Below, one piece after another: positions 1-9,080 of a stretch of 54,763 nt of DNA (the stretch's first letter is position 1; every line of letters starts with the position of its first letter). The translations under genes and the position numbers were made by a program. The DNA lies in IMG/VR virus record IMGVR_UViG_3300028394_000094, positions 1 through 54,763 of that record; one strand, written 5' to 3'. The notes beneath the pieces were generated by a model that saw only the letters and a program-made list of their open reading frames with translations, was not told the origin of the DNA and made no database searches. This stretch comes from a virus (lineage: Duplodnaviria > Caudoviricetes).

Positions 1-214
1 TATTTTTATGCTTAGACCGTTTAGTAGCCCTGTTTACAGCACGTTCTTCAGCTGTCATATTATCCCGTTTCTTACCATTTGCGGTTAATGTTTTACCATC
101 CGTTTTTAAATCACCACGTTTTTTAAGTATATTAATAGCTAAAGGTTTAGACTTTACTTGCGCCGCAAGCCTATTAACTAATTCATTTTTCCCCATAAAT
201 TTTTGCGTAGCCAT
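1..214 (-). CDS. Partial small basic hypothetical protein downstream of terminase (runs off window)
   Basis: ATG at 214 overlaps terL stop (TGATG); reads MATQKFMGKNELVNRLAAQV... open to the window edge. Confidence 0.7.
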   Translation of the reverse strand, partial: MATQKFMGKNELVNRLAAQVKSKPLAINILKKRGDLKTDGKTLTANGKKRDNMTAEERAVNRATKRSKHKN

Positions 215-1758
215 CAATAGTATCCCTTGCGCCGCCCAGATTTAAAGTATTTAAGTTGTTCTGGTTCATCGGACGGCAGCCTAATAAACCCACCCTGTCT
301 AAATCGCATCAATGCCATTACCGTAGAGTCTACTAAGTCATCGTTACTCATAAACGGAAACCCAGCAACTTCCTCCACTACTTCTTCAGCCCAACGAGTT
401 TCAGGAACCCATACAAGTCCTGTACGTATAATATCAGCAACCGAATTTAAGCGGGCTAATTTATCGCCTGACCCCCTATGTGGAGTGTACTCCGAGACAG
501 GTATTCCTGTCCTACGTAATTCTTGATAAAGTGCTGTACCGGCGGATTTTTTCTCCACTATAAACGAATCGGGTTCCCACTCAGTCCACTCTTCAAAAGC
601 CAAGGCTTTTAAATCAGGAAACTCTAACCGTCTTTTGATGGAGTTTAGTAAAATTATGTTGTACGCATCGGTGTCCTCGTTGAGGAACACTCCCCATGTT
701 GTTATGGCTGTATAGTCAGCACGGTTGTGCGTTTCTGCCGCAGCGTCAAGCGACATAATAATATACTCAGTATCAGGAGGTTTTTCTGACTTCCACCAAT
801 TCCACCACTCCCGTTTAACTACCGAGGCTTCTTCTGCTGTCGGATTCTGTTGATACTGGGCGTTCCACTGAAATAGTGGCATTGAAGCTTTAGTTCTATA
901 TAGTGCCTCTAGGTCATAGAAGGCGGGCCAAAGCGCCCTAGGCTGTTCAGTATTTGCATCAAAGATTGCTGGGAACTCAATAATCTCGTACTTATCAGAC
1001 TGATCATTATTAATCATATCCCGAGTTACCCGCCCCGTCAGGTCATCCATATGCCAACGGGTTTGTACCAAAGCCACCCTACCGCCCGGCATCAAACGTG
1101 TTCGTGCTCCGTAGGTGAACCACTCGTACGCTTTCTCGAATACATCGAAGTTCCCGTTAATAATGTCTTGCTCGTTATGTGGGTCGTCCACCAAGAGTAA
1201 ATCCGCACCACGACCAGCCAAAGCGGAACCAACACCACAAGCATAATACTCACCACCCATGTTAGTGTTCCAACGACCAGCAGACTTACTATCAACCGCC
1301 AAAGTGACTGTTGGGAATATTGTTTTGTATTCTTGGTTATCAACGATGTTCCTCACTTTCCGTCCAAAGTCTACCGCTAAATCTGTGGTGTGTGACACCA
1401 TAAGTACCTTCTTATTAGGGTATCTACCTAGAAACCATGCAGGAAAATAGATAGAAACAAGCTGGCTTTTACCGTGTCTAGGGGGTATATTCACGCAAAT
1501 TCGGTCCTTTCTACCCTCGGAAAGGTCCATTAACATCCTTGCTAACACCTTATGGTGCTCACCAACCTTGTAATCTGGCTGCATTTTCTTACAAAACGCT
1601 AGTAAATCATCCCTACAAGCCTTCGAATCACGCCTTTTCTGTATCTCTACAGCAATAATCTCTACTTCTGACTGTTCTTCTAGCGTAAATTTGTCTAAAT
1701 TCTGCAATAAATAGTCTAATTCTGCGTCAGTTAACTCAGAATAGTCAGTTTCAAGCAT
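214..1758 (-). CDS. terL: Terminase large subunit
   Basis: Walker A IPPRHGKS, Walker B LLLVDDP, VQTRWH motif, C-terminal RNase H-like nuclease (SLDAA...NDDLVDS); GAGGA RBS favours ATG at 1758 over TTG at 1770. Confidence 0.95.
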   Translation of the reverse strand: MLETDYSELTDAELDYLLQNLDKFTLEEQSEVEIIAVEIQKRRDSKACRDDLLAFCKKMQPDYKVGEHHKVLARMLMDLSEGRKDRICVNIPPRHGKSQLVSIYFPAWFLGRYPNKKVLMVSHTTDLAVDFGRKVRNIVDNQEYKTIFPTVTLAVDSKSAGRWNTNMGGEYYACGVGSALAGRGADLLLVDDPHNEQDIINGNFDVFEKAYEWFTYGARTRLMPGGRVALVQTRWHMDDLTGRVTRDMINNDQSDKYEIIEFPAIFDANTEQPRALWPAFYDLEALYRTKASMPLFQWNAQYQQNPTAEEASVVKREWWNWWKSEKPPDTEYIIMSLDAAAETHNRADYTAITTWGVFLNEDTDAYNIILLNSIKRRLEFPDLKALAFEEWTEWEPDSFIVEKKSAGTALYQELRRTGIPVSEYTPHRGSGDKLARLNSVADIIRTGLVWVPETRWAEEVVEEVAGFPFMSNDDLVDSTVMALMRFRQGGFIRLPSDEPEQLKYFKSGRRKGYY

Positions 1759-2371
1759 CTGTATCCTCAAGTTCTTCTAACTCATCGTCTTCTAGACCTA
1801 ATTCTTCGGCTACATTGATTGGTTCATTGTTTACCTGCACCGATTCCACGTCAATTACCCCAGCTGGGTTCATTAGTTTCTGTATCTTATCCCGTAATGA
1901 GTTAGTTAACTCTTCGGTAGACCTATTAATAATAGTAACTTCTGATTTTTCAGCAAATAAACCCACATCAGAAATCTTACCAAGCAGTTCTAAGGCACGA
2001 ATACGTATTTTGGGGTCTGGATTGGTTGATTCTATGAGTAACTTGTTTGTTACTACAAGCCGAATTTGCGAGGAAGTGTCTACTACCCGCACAGCAAACT
2101 CTTCTAAGATGTGACTAACTAGAGTAACAGTACCTAGTGTCAACGCCGAAGCCTTCTTAGTTGTTAATTTCTGATTGGCTTTGGTTTCATCTGCAGCAAC
2201 AGCATAAGCAATCGCTTCCGCTACTTCTTTATCTTCATCCGTTATTTCTGGCTGTATTTCTAGCAGTTGTGCAGTATTACAGGCAGCCTGTGCCCTTTCC
2301 CGAAAACTGGATAAGACCCAATTATCTTCAGGCATTTCAATACCAAAGTCAGGATTACATATATAAGACAT
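1751..2371 (-). CDS. Probable terminase small subunit
   Basis: Directly upstream of and overlapping terL; helical IRIRALELLGKI segment, acidic tail; called mainly from position. Confidence 0.6.
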   Translation of the reverse strand: MSYICNPDFGIEMPEDNWVLSSFRERAQAACNTAQLLEIQPEITDEDKEVAEAIAYAVAADETKANQKLTTKKASALTLGTVTLVSHILEEFAVRVVDTSSQIRLVVTNKLLIESTNPDPKIRIRALELLGKISDVGLFAEKSEVTIINRSTEELTNSLRDKIQKLMNPAGVIDVESVQVNNEPINVAEELGLEDDELEELEDTDA

Positions 2372-2530
2372 AGACGCAGACCAATTAAGGTGAATACAGA
2401 AAGTATATATGATTTTTAAAATTTTGCAAAAAAAATTTTTAGGGGGGTAGGTACTTAAGAAGGCATGGGGGTGGGTCTAGAACTCGCCAGCTTTTTTACC
2501 AACCGGCGAACACAAAATAATATGTAATGT

Positions 2531-2543
2531 AATCAAGGACTTA
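2531..2543 (+). promoter_or_regulatory. IHF-consensus site
   Basis: AATCAAGGACTTA matches WATCAANNNNTTR; near-identical to the copies at 3789 and 3963. Confidence 0.5.
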
Positions 2544-2713
2544 CAACAATTCGGCATTAAGTACGCTAGAGTTAAGAGGTGGATTTAAGAAAATAGGTAA
2601 TCATTTGTACGGAATAGCAATATAAGGCGGCGTACAGTCCCTTAGACTAAAAGCCTTGGTGGTGGGGTAGTGGGTTAGTTCAAAGTAACTTTACTATTAA
2701 ATACTATCAAGGG

Positions 2714-2743
2714 TTGACAATCTATAACAAATTAAAGTAAAAT
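2714..2743 (+). promoter_or_regulatory. Sigma70-type early promoter P1
   Basis: TTGACA (2714-2719), 18 bp, TAAAAT (2738-2743); GAAA-loop hairpin at the predicted 5' end (2750-2773). Confidence 0.75.
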
Positions 2744-2813
2744 ATACTTAATGAATCGGGAAACTAATTCATTATTTAACTAAACCCTTAATATCTTAGA
2801 AAGGATATTTAAA

Positions 2814-3470
2814 ATGAAACAAGTAATTAAAACCCCTGTAACAATCAACCCTGTTATTGCATCAATGATTGCCCCTGTTATTGCCCCTGTTGTTACTGTA
2901 GGAAAATTCGATTTATTCCCTGTTAGTAACGATGTAAACAGCCCCTATGTTTTGGTATCTCAATTCGGTAAAAATGGTATTGAGCATGATGCTATTAAGT
3001 CTAAGATGCAAGATGTTTTATACGCAAATGGTTATCGTGCTTGTAATTTTGACCGAAGCGATAAAAGCGAAATTGCAATTAAATTTCACGATAGTATCAA
3101 ACAGTTGTTTATATCCCAAATGGATACACAAGCACAAGAGTTACTTGCTAAACCATTGGAAGGGTTAAACGATATGCAAAAAGCAATTAGAACTAACTTG
3201 TTAGAAAAGGTAGGCACATTGTTTGGTAACTTGCACAAGGCAATTAAGGCAATGGAAACGCCAAAGGTAGTAACCACTGAAACAACAGTATCAGGAAAAT
3301 TAGTACCTGTTACTGGCAATCAATTAGTATGCCGTACCATTATGGAACAAATTGTAAAGTTACAAGCAATCAAAACACCATGTGACAAAAATGTAGACAT
3401 TATTAAAACATTGCAATCAGTGGTTAAGATGTTTAATGATTGTGGAATTGTGGCATCGGTTAAAAAATAA
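2814..3470 (+). CDS. First early gene, hypothetical protein (218 aa), monocistronic
   Basis: AAGGA RBS, own promoter and tandem terminators; no recognised family. Confidence 0.8.
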   Translation: MKQVIKTPVTINPVIASMIAPVIAPVVTVGKFDLFPVSNDVNSPYVLVSQFGKNGIEHDAIKSKMQDVLYANGYRACNFDRSDKSEIAIKFHDSIKQLFISQMDTQAQELLAKPLEGLNDMQKAIRTNLLEKVGTLFGNLHKAIKAMETPKVVTTETTVSGKLVPVTGNQLVCRTIMEQIVKLQAIKTPCDKNVDIIKTLQSVVKMFNDCGIVASVKK

Positions 3471-3489
3471 CCTGTAGTATCTTTACTTT

Positions 3490-3541
3490 AAACCCTGAGC
3501 AATCAGGGTTTTTTTTCGCCCTAATTTTTAGGGCTTTTTTT
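3490..3541 (+). terminator. Tandem intrinsic terminators
   Basis: AAACCCTGA-GCAA-TCAGGGTTT+T-run (3490-3516), then GCCCTAA-TTT-TTAGGGC+T-run (3518-3541). Confidence 0.85.
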
Positions 3542-3593
3542 GGTTCAACATTTTATTAATAGTATATTTACTACCAACATCTTACCGAATGAT

Positions 3594-3731
3594 ACCAGTC
3601 ACCTTAGTAGCGTACCACATGGGATTCATTGGCTAGGTGTTATGCTGAGTTCAGCATAACATATTTTTCAAAGGTTTGTCGGCTTTATAGTAACTTTACT
3701 TTAAAAGAAACCAGTCACCTTAGTAGCGTAC
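3594..3731. repeat. 22-bp direct repeat pair enclosing a 24-bp palindrome
   Basis: ACCAGTCACCTTAGTAGCGTAC at 3594-3615 and 3710-3731; TGTTATGCTGA-GT-TCAGCATAACA at 3638-3661. Confidence 0.9.
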
Positions 3732-3743
3732 TGCACAGGATTT

Positions 3744-4018
3744 ATAAGTTCCAAATATTCTTGGAACTTTATGAGCAAAGTTCTTTTTTAAGTCGTTGAT
3801 TTATAAGCAAAGTTCCATAAGTTCCGAAAGTTCCGTGTTTTTTGAGGTATCTCCTACTTTTAAAATTTTAAAATATTTCGCAGGATTTCGACTCTCTAAT
3901 CGCAATGTAGCGAAATCCTCTATAAAGCAGGAACTTTCGGAACTTTCGGAACTTAACTGCAGAATCAATGACTTACAAACATAAAAAAAAGAACTTATAA
4001 AGAACTTTAGGAACTTTA
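3744..4018. repeat. Symmetric iteron array with flanking IHF-like boxes (candidate replication origin)
   Basis: AAGTTCC x3 at 9-bp period (3810, 3819, 3828) facing GGAACTT x3 (3930, 3939, 3948); inverted IHF-like boxes at 3789-3801 and 3963-3975; more copies at 3746-3769 and 3991-4017. Confidence 0.7.
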
Positions 4019-4081
4019 TAGGGGGTAGTAGAATACTTTAATAAACCTTACTAGGGTTTGATAAGCCTTACCACAAAACGC

Positions 4082-4110
4082 TTGACTTTACAAGGTATTT
4101 GTTGTAAAAT
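4082..4110 (+). promoter_or_regulatory. Sigma70-type early promoter P2
   Basis: TTGACT-17bp-TAAAAT; shares CTTGACTTT...TTGTTGTAAAATAGTAGT with P3; 5' leader hairpin GGAATTGAG/CTTAGTTCC (4118-4152). Confidence 0.8.
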
Positions 4111-4199
4111 AGTAGTAGGAATTGAGAAACACAAAACGAAGTGCTTAGTTCCCAAAGTTCTTTTATTTCATAGTAAGTTTACTTTCAAGGAGAATCAAA

Positions 4200-4340
4200 A
4201 TGGTCGTAAAAACTAATAGTCTTATGTTTAACCTATGCTCACTTATCCCTGCATCATGGAACATCATTCGGTTGTCGTATGTTCGTGTCGGTGATGATTA
4301 TCTCAACTATGCCGTAATCAAACTCGGTGGCTACAAATGA
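4200..4340 (+). CDS. Small hypothetical protein (46 aa, not in ORF track)
   Basis: AAGGAG RBS, MVVKTNSLMF...GGYK, ATGA overlap with next gene. Confidence 0.65.
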   Translation: MVVKTNSLMFNLCSLIPASWNIIRLSYVRVGDDYLNYAVIKLGGYK

Positions 4341-4543
4341 AAAACCATAGGACATTCTGCCGTATGTGTGGCGATGTAGTTGCTCATAAGCGTAGTGCTT
4401 TAGGTTATAAACTGTGCTTATTATGTGGTGACGAGATGGCACACCAAAGGAAGTTCACCATTGCCTGTAACAACAAGCAAGGTTACGAACTGATTACTGA
4501 CTTATCAATGCTTAAACAACTTAACCCAAAGAGGACAACATGA
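4337..4543 (+). CDS. Small zinc-finger-like protein
   Basis: CRMC...CLLC pairs; translationally coupled. Confidence 0.7.
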   Translation: MKNHRTFCRMCGDVVAHKRSALGYKLCLLCGDEMAHQRKFTIACNNKQGYELITDLSMLKQLNPKRTT

Positions 4544-4782
4544 AACAACATAAACGAACTACCCCATACGAAGGCGATGATATTGCCGAGTTCACCCATA
4601 ACAACAAGTTTCACCGTTCAACGGACGAGGCTTTCCGAACTGCCAATTACGCTAGTAGTTTCGAGGGTGATGCCGAGATGACGGATTGCAAACGCTTTAT
4701 CGGTGAGTTTGTGTTCGTATGTTTACCAGTAATCTTACTATTCGCCTATTTTATGTACCTGTTGTTAGGATGGTTAGCATGA
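4540..4782 (+). CDS. Small membrane protein
   Basis: GAGGA RBS; C-terminal hydrophobic helix. Confidence 0.7.
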   Translation: MKQHKRTTPYEGDDIAEFTHNNKFHRSTDEAFRTANYASSFEGDAEMTDCKRFIGEFVFVCLPVILLFAYFMYLLLGWLA

Positions 4783-5000
4783 AGAACGAACAAAAACAAA
4801 CCATAAAATCATGGCGATTTACCATTACTTGGTCAGATGGTAAAACCGAGGGTTTAGCCAGTTGTTTACCCGAGTATCTAGAAGAAGAATTGTTTATCTA
4901 CTTTAGAGAACTTGAAGACTTGCGTGAAGAGCATGATGCAGATATGCGTGATGAGCCATATAACTTTGAAGACGACACCGAAAAGGAGATTGAAGAATGA
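4779..5000 (+). CDS. Acidic hypothetical protein
   Basis: ATGA overlap at 4779 is the likely start (MKNEQK...). Confidence 0.7.
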   Translation: MKNEQKQTIKSWRFTITWSDGKTEGLASCLPEYLEEELFIYFRELEDLREEHDADMRDEPYNFEDDTEKEIEE

Positions 5001-5158
5001 AGGGCATCAAGGTAGGTGACATCGTGCGGTTATACAAGCGGACATTCTGTGTGCTAAACATCCTAACGGATTATGTAGAACTGCAGTCAATGGATGAGGA
5101 ACGGTGGTTTATTACTGTGCCTCGCACAAAACTAATTGGGATAAAGAAAGGGGTATGA
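4997..5158 (+). CDS. Small hypothetical protein (53 aa, SH3/KOW-like start KVGDIVRL)
   Basis: AAGGAG RBS, ATGA overlap; not in ORF track. Confidence 0.6.
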   Translation: MKGIKVGDIVRLYKRTFCVLNILTDYVELQSMDEERWFITVPRTKLIGIKKGV

Positions 5159-5159
5159 G

Positions 5160-5621
5160 ATGGGATATAGGTCAGATGTTGCGTATGTTATTAACTTTAA
5201 GAATCGTGAGGTAAGGGACGACTTCATTGCCTTAATCATGGCTAAAGGTGGCGAGGAACTAAAAGCCTTGAAAGAGTGCGTGATACCCGAGGTTACCGAT
5301 AGCGAACATGAGGAGGAAAGTACGGCACAGATTAACTTTTTTGCATACCATGTGAAATGGTATCGGTCATTCCCTGATGTTAAATCTCACCACAATTTAA
5401 TGGAGTTTGCAGTCAAACAGTTTGAAGGTGATGCCGACTACAAGTTTGTTGAAGTGGGGGAGGACGGAAAGACCGAAGAAGAGGATAGCGATGGTGAGTA
5501 TGTGCCACATGACGACTTCCATACTGTGGCTTATATAGAGACACCGTTCGAAAAAGAGTATAAGCCAGTAGGTGATGACATAAGGGTTATGTATAAGTAT
5601 CAAACATTATCAAACACTTGA
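5160..5621 (+). CDS. Hypothetical early protein
   Basis: 153-aa ORF in the coupled array (MGYRSDV...VKWY). Confidence 0.75.
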   Translation: MGYRSDVAYVINFKNREVRDDFIALIMAKGGEELKALKECVIPEVTDSEHEEESTAQINFFAYHVKWYRSFPDVKSHHNLMEFAVKQFEGDADYKFVEVGEDGKTEEEDSDGEYVPHDDFHTVAYIETPFEKEYKPVGDDIRVMYKYQTLSNT

Positions 5622-5646
5622 CTTTTGTGACAAGTTGTTGTAAAAT
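5618..5646 (+). promoter_or_regulatory. Sigma70-type early promoter P3
   Basis: TTGACT-17bp-TAAAAT, near copy of P2; IHF-like TATCAAACACTTG (5608-5620) overlaps the -35. Confidence 0.8.
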
Positions 5647-5697
5647 AGTAGTTAGAAGTAGAGAGAAAGTAATTAACTAACCATAAGGAGTATTACC

Positions 5698-6579
5698 ATG
5701 AATCAGTTGAATCTTAGTAACATTACTACCCAAACACCGAGTATATCCTCGAGTGCTATGTTGGTAGAGTTGAACATATCTGTGTGGACAGGTAGGAAGT
5801 TTGACAAGGGTGTATCTGCTGAAGTCGCTTTCAACAAGCAAGCCGATAACAATTCAGGGAACTATAACAAGAAGTTATTCCCTAACAACCCAACCTTTGA
5901 TGCCATTACCAAGTACGCAGGTAACGCACGAACATACCACTACCATGCGACTATGCCTTGGTCAGATTCGGGAGTAAGGTTACTTACGACTGCAATGTAC
6001 TTTGATTATGCCAAGGAGATTAGCCGTATGCAGATGGAGTTTGATGCCTTGGTCGAGGACTTCTTAAAAGATTATTACAACCTTGTGCAGTCTAGCCAAG
6101 TGAAACTAGGCACGATGTTTGATGCTACCGACTACCCCGATGTCGAAGATGTTAGGGCGAAGTATCGGTTCAATGTCAGGTACTCACCTGTACCCGAGGT
6201 AGGTGATTGGCGAGTCGATGTAGGTAACGATGCCTTGAAAGAGTTGGCACAGTCTTATGAGTTGGCATACCAACAGAATCTAGAGACTGCCTATAAAGAT
6301 GTTTGGACAAGAACACATGAAGCGTTGTCTCGGATGTCCGATAAGTTGGCAGGTAATAACAAGCAGATATTCAGAGACACACTAGTAAGTAATGTTACTG
6401 AGATGGTGGACTTGTTGGATAAGTTCAATGTCACAGGTGATGCCGAGATGAGAAAAGCCAAGGACTTAATCAGCGATGCCCTCATGGGTATTACACCTGA
6501 TGCCTTGCGTGAAGATACATACTTACGGCAAGAAACTAAGAGCAAGGTAGATGCGCTCTTAAAAGAGTTTAGTTGGTAA
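5698..6579 (+). CDS. DUF3150-like helical protein
   Basis: LVELNISVWTGRK N-terminus, YP...VRAKYRF motif; sits before AAA and vWA genes as expected for this family; family call from recall. Confidence 0.6.
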   Translation: MNQLNLSNITTQTPSISSSAMLVELNISVWTGRKFDKGVSAEVAFNKQADNNSGNYNKKLFPNNPTFDAITKYAGNARTYHYHATMPWSDSGVRLLTTAMYFDYAKEISRMQMEFDALVEDFLKDYYNLVQSSQVKLGTMFDATDYPDVEDVRAKYRFNVRYSPVPEVGDWRVDVGNDALKELAQSYELAYQQNLETAYKDVWTRTHEALSRMSDKLAGNNKQIFRDTLVSNVTEMVDLLDKFNVTGDAEMRKAKDLISDALMGITPDALREDTYLRQETKSKVDALLKEFSW

Positions 6580-6623
6580 TCGTAGCAAAATATAAACACA
6601 TACACACATAAGGAGTATTACAA

Positions 6624-7739
6624 ATGAGCAATGCGAAAGTCGCAGTATCCCTAGAGTCTATCTATGCCCAAACGATTGATGAGATTGTCGAGGGTTTGTT
6701 GGTAAACGGTAGTAAGGTTACTACCTTGGTTCGTGGTCACATGGGTTCGGGGAAGTCATCAATCCTCAAGATATTAGCAGAGAAGTTACCTACCCATATC
6801 CCATGCTACTTTGACTGCACTACCAAGGACTTGGGTGACTTGATGATACCGAAAATCCTAGACATCGGTGACGATACACAGTTTGTTAGGTTCGTACCTA
6901 ACGAGGAGTTGGGCTTCCATCATAACAAGCCTGTCATCTTAATGGTTGACGAGTTCGGTAAGGCTAACCCATCGGTTAAGAACGGCATGATGCGTGTTAT
7001 GTTAGAGCGTACACTTGGCAGTAAGAAGTTACACCCTGATAGCATTATCTTTGCTACCACTAACCTAGGGGGCGAGGGAGTTGGTGACTTGTTACTACCT
7101 CATCATCGCAACCGTATAACTGTAGTACAGATGAAGAAGTCTACTACTACACAATGGATAGAGAACTACGCTTACAACGCAGGGATACATCCTGCCATGA
7201 TTATGTGGGTAAAAGATAACGAGCAGTTGGGACAGTCTTATGAGGATGTGCCGAATCCTGCTGACAATCCGTATATCTATCACCCTGCCGTACAACGCAC
7301 ATCGTTCTTTACATGGCGAAGTGCCGAGTTAGCATCGCATTGGTTATGGGCTAAGGATAAGATAAGTAACAATACTTTGATGGGTGCGTTGGTAGGTACG
7401 ATAGGTGACCGTAGTGCATCGGACTTGAAAGCGTTTATCACCTTGGTAGATGACTTACCCAAGCAACAAGAGATTAAGGATAACCCTGATACGGCAAGAG
7501 TACCAAGCAAGGCATCGGCAGTAATGATGACAGTACACAAAGCGTTGGCTACCATTGATAAGACATGGATAGATTCTTGGATGGTTTACCTTAACAGGTT
7601 AGACAAAGAAGCCCAACAGGTATTCGTAGGACAGGTACGCAACCCGAAGTACACCAAGCAGAGTATGGTGATGGGCAATGCCAAGTTCCGAGATTGGTGT
7701 GTTGAGAATAACTATATGTTTACTGCAGATAAAGTTTAA
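6624..7739 (+). CDS. AAA+ ATPase (MoxR/CobS-like)
   Basis: Walker A GHMGSGKS, Walker B LMVDEF, sensor ATTN, arginine-finger region HRNR. Confidence 0.85.
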   Translation: MSNAKVAVSLESIYAQTIDEIVEGLLVNGSKVTTLVRGHMGSGKSSILKILAEKLPTHIPCYFDCTTKDLGDLMIPKILDIGDDTQFVRFVPNEELGFHHNKPVILMVDEFGKANPSVKNGMMRVMLERTLGSKKLHPDSIIFATTNLGGEGVGDLLLPHHRNRITVVQMKKSTTTQWIENYAYNAGIHPAMIMWVKDNEQLGQSYEDVPNPADNPYIYHPAVQRTSFFTWRSAELASHWLWAKDKISNNTLMGALVGTIGDRSASDLKAFITLVDDLPKQQEIKDNPDTARVPSKASAVMMTVHKALATIDKTWIDSWMVYLNRLDKEAQQVFVGQVRNPKYTKQSMVMGNAKFRDWCVENNYMFTADKV

Positions 7740-7750
7740 GGAGAAAGAAA

Positions 7751-8923
7751 ATGTTAGCAATCGGTAAGAAGTTAACCCCTGAGCAACGACTCATCAAGGG
7801 GACGGGCGACATCATCGGTAACGATACTTATGTTGCGTTGGCAGGTGTTCTAATGATTGGTACTAAGCAGATTAGCACCAAGACAAAGACGGCTTGTACT
7901 AATGGTAGGGACGAAGCATACAACCCCGACTTTATGGACAAGTTAACAGATGCAGAGTTTAGGTTTGTAGTACTGCACGAGTGCTACCACAAGATGTATC
8001 AACACTTAACAATCTATCGTGACTTAGATGCGATAGACCACAACAGGGCGAATCGAGCGTGTGACTATGTTATCAACCTCAAGTTGATGGACGAGGACAA
8101 CACAGGCTTTATTAAACTACCGAAGTGTGCGTTGTATAACACACAGTATCGTGGCATGAGTGCAAGGGAAATCTTTGACTTGTTACCCCCAAGCGAGGAC
8201 GATGATGGTGATGGAGAATCACCGTTTGATGACCATGATTGGGAAGGTGCTGAGAAGTTATCAGATGAGGAGAAGGGTGACCTCGCCAAGCAGATTGATG
8301 AAGCCGTCCGCCAAGGTTCGATACTTGCAGGGAAACTAGGTAGTGGGGGTAATCGTACTTTCGATGACCTGTTAGAAACTAAACAGAACTGGAAAGAACT
8401 ACTGCGTGACTTTGTGACAACAACTTGTACAGGTAAGGACTACTCAACATGGAAACGCCCTAGCCGTAGATACATCGGGGCTGACATCATCATGCCATCA
8501 GGCATCAGTGAAACTATGGGTGAGATATTAGTAGGTATCGACACATCAGGTTCTATCGGGGGAGAAGAACTGGCTTCGTTTATGGCTGAGATAAAGGGAG
8601 TCTGTGAGCAAGTTAAGCCAAGCAAAGTAAGATTACTTTATTGGGATACGGCAGTATGCCGAGAGGAGATTTACTTGCAGGATGAACTTGATACCTTAAC
8701 ACAAAGCACTAAACCTGCAGGGGGTGGGGGTACAGATGTGGTATGTGTACCTGCGTACATGGCGGAACATAGCATCAAGCCTGAGTGTGCCATCATCTTA
8801 ACAGATGGTTACTTAGGTGGCGACTGGGGTACATGGACTGTACCACTACTGTGGGTTATCTTAGATAACAAGGGTGCGAGACCGACAGCAGGGACAACTA
8901 TTCACATTAACACAAGGGGGTAA
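7751..8923 (+). CDS. HEXXH metallopeptidase-like + vWA domain protein (DUF2201-like)
   Basis: TACTNG, VLHECYH, N.A.DYVIN; C-terminal MIDAS DTSGS, GGGT, LTDG. Confidence 0.85.
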   Translation: MLAIGKKLTPEQRLIKGTGDIIGNDTYVALAGVLMIGTKQISTKTKTACTNGRDEAYNPDFMDKLTDAEFRFVVLHECYHKMYQHLTIYRDLDAIDHNRANRACDYVINLKLMDEDNTGFIKLPKCALYNTQYRGMSAREIFDLLPPSEDDDGDGESPFDDHDWEGAEKLSDEEKGDLAKQIDEAVRQGSILAGKLGSGGNRTFDDLLETKQNWKELLRDFVTTTCTGKDYSTWKRPSRRYIGADIIMPSGISETMGEILVGIDTSGSIGGEELASFMAEIKGVCEQVKPSKVRLLYWDTAVCREEIYLQDELDTLTQSTKPAGGGGTDVVCVPAYMAEHSIKPECAIILTDGYLGGDWGTWTVPLLWVILDNKGARPTAGTTIHINTRG

Positions 8924-8924
8924 C

Positions 8925-9080
8925 ATGAAAGGAAACTACAAAAGATTTACAACCGTAGGTACAGGGGGCATCAACTGTAGGTGTTGTTGCAATCGTGGTG
9001 GTAAGCCGTTGGCTAAGAGATTAGCCAAGCGTAAGTTAGAACAAGCAATTAAAAAACTAATCAAGGAGGTGTTGGAATGA
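8925..9080 (+). CDS. Small basic Cys-rich protein
   Basis: AAGGGGG RBS before ATG 8925; INCRCCC followed by K/R-rich helix. Confidence 0.65.
   Translation: MKGNYKRFTTVGTGGINCRCCCNRGGKPLAKRLAKRKLEQAIKKLIKEVLE

Noticed and set aside
3594-3731. Mini CRISPR array
   Set aside because: Only two 22-bp repeats with a 94-bp gap; no cas operon
3796-3984. 62-aa ORF across the iteron region
   Set aside because: TTG start, no RBS; SELSEL is a by-product of the DNA repeats
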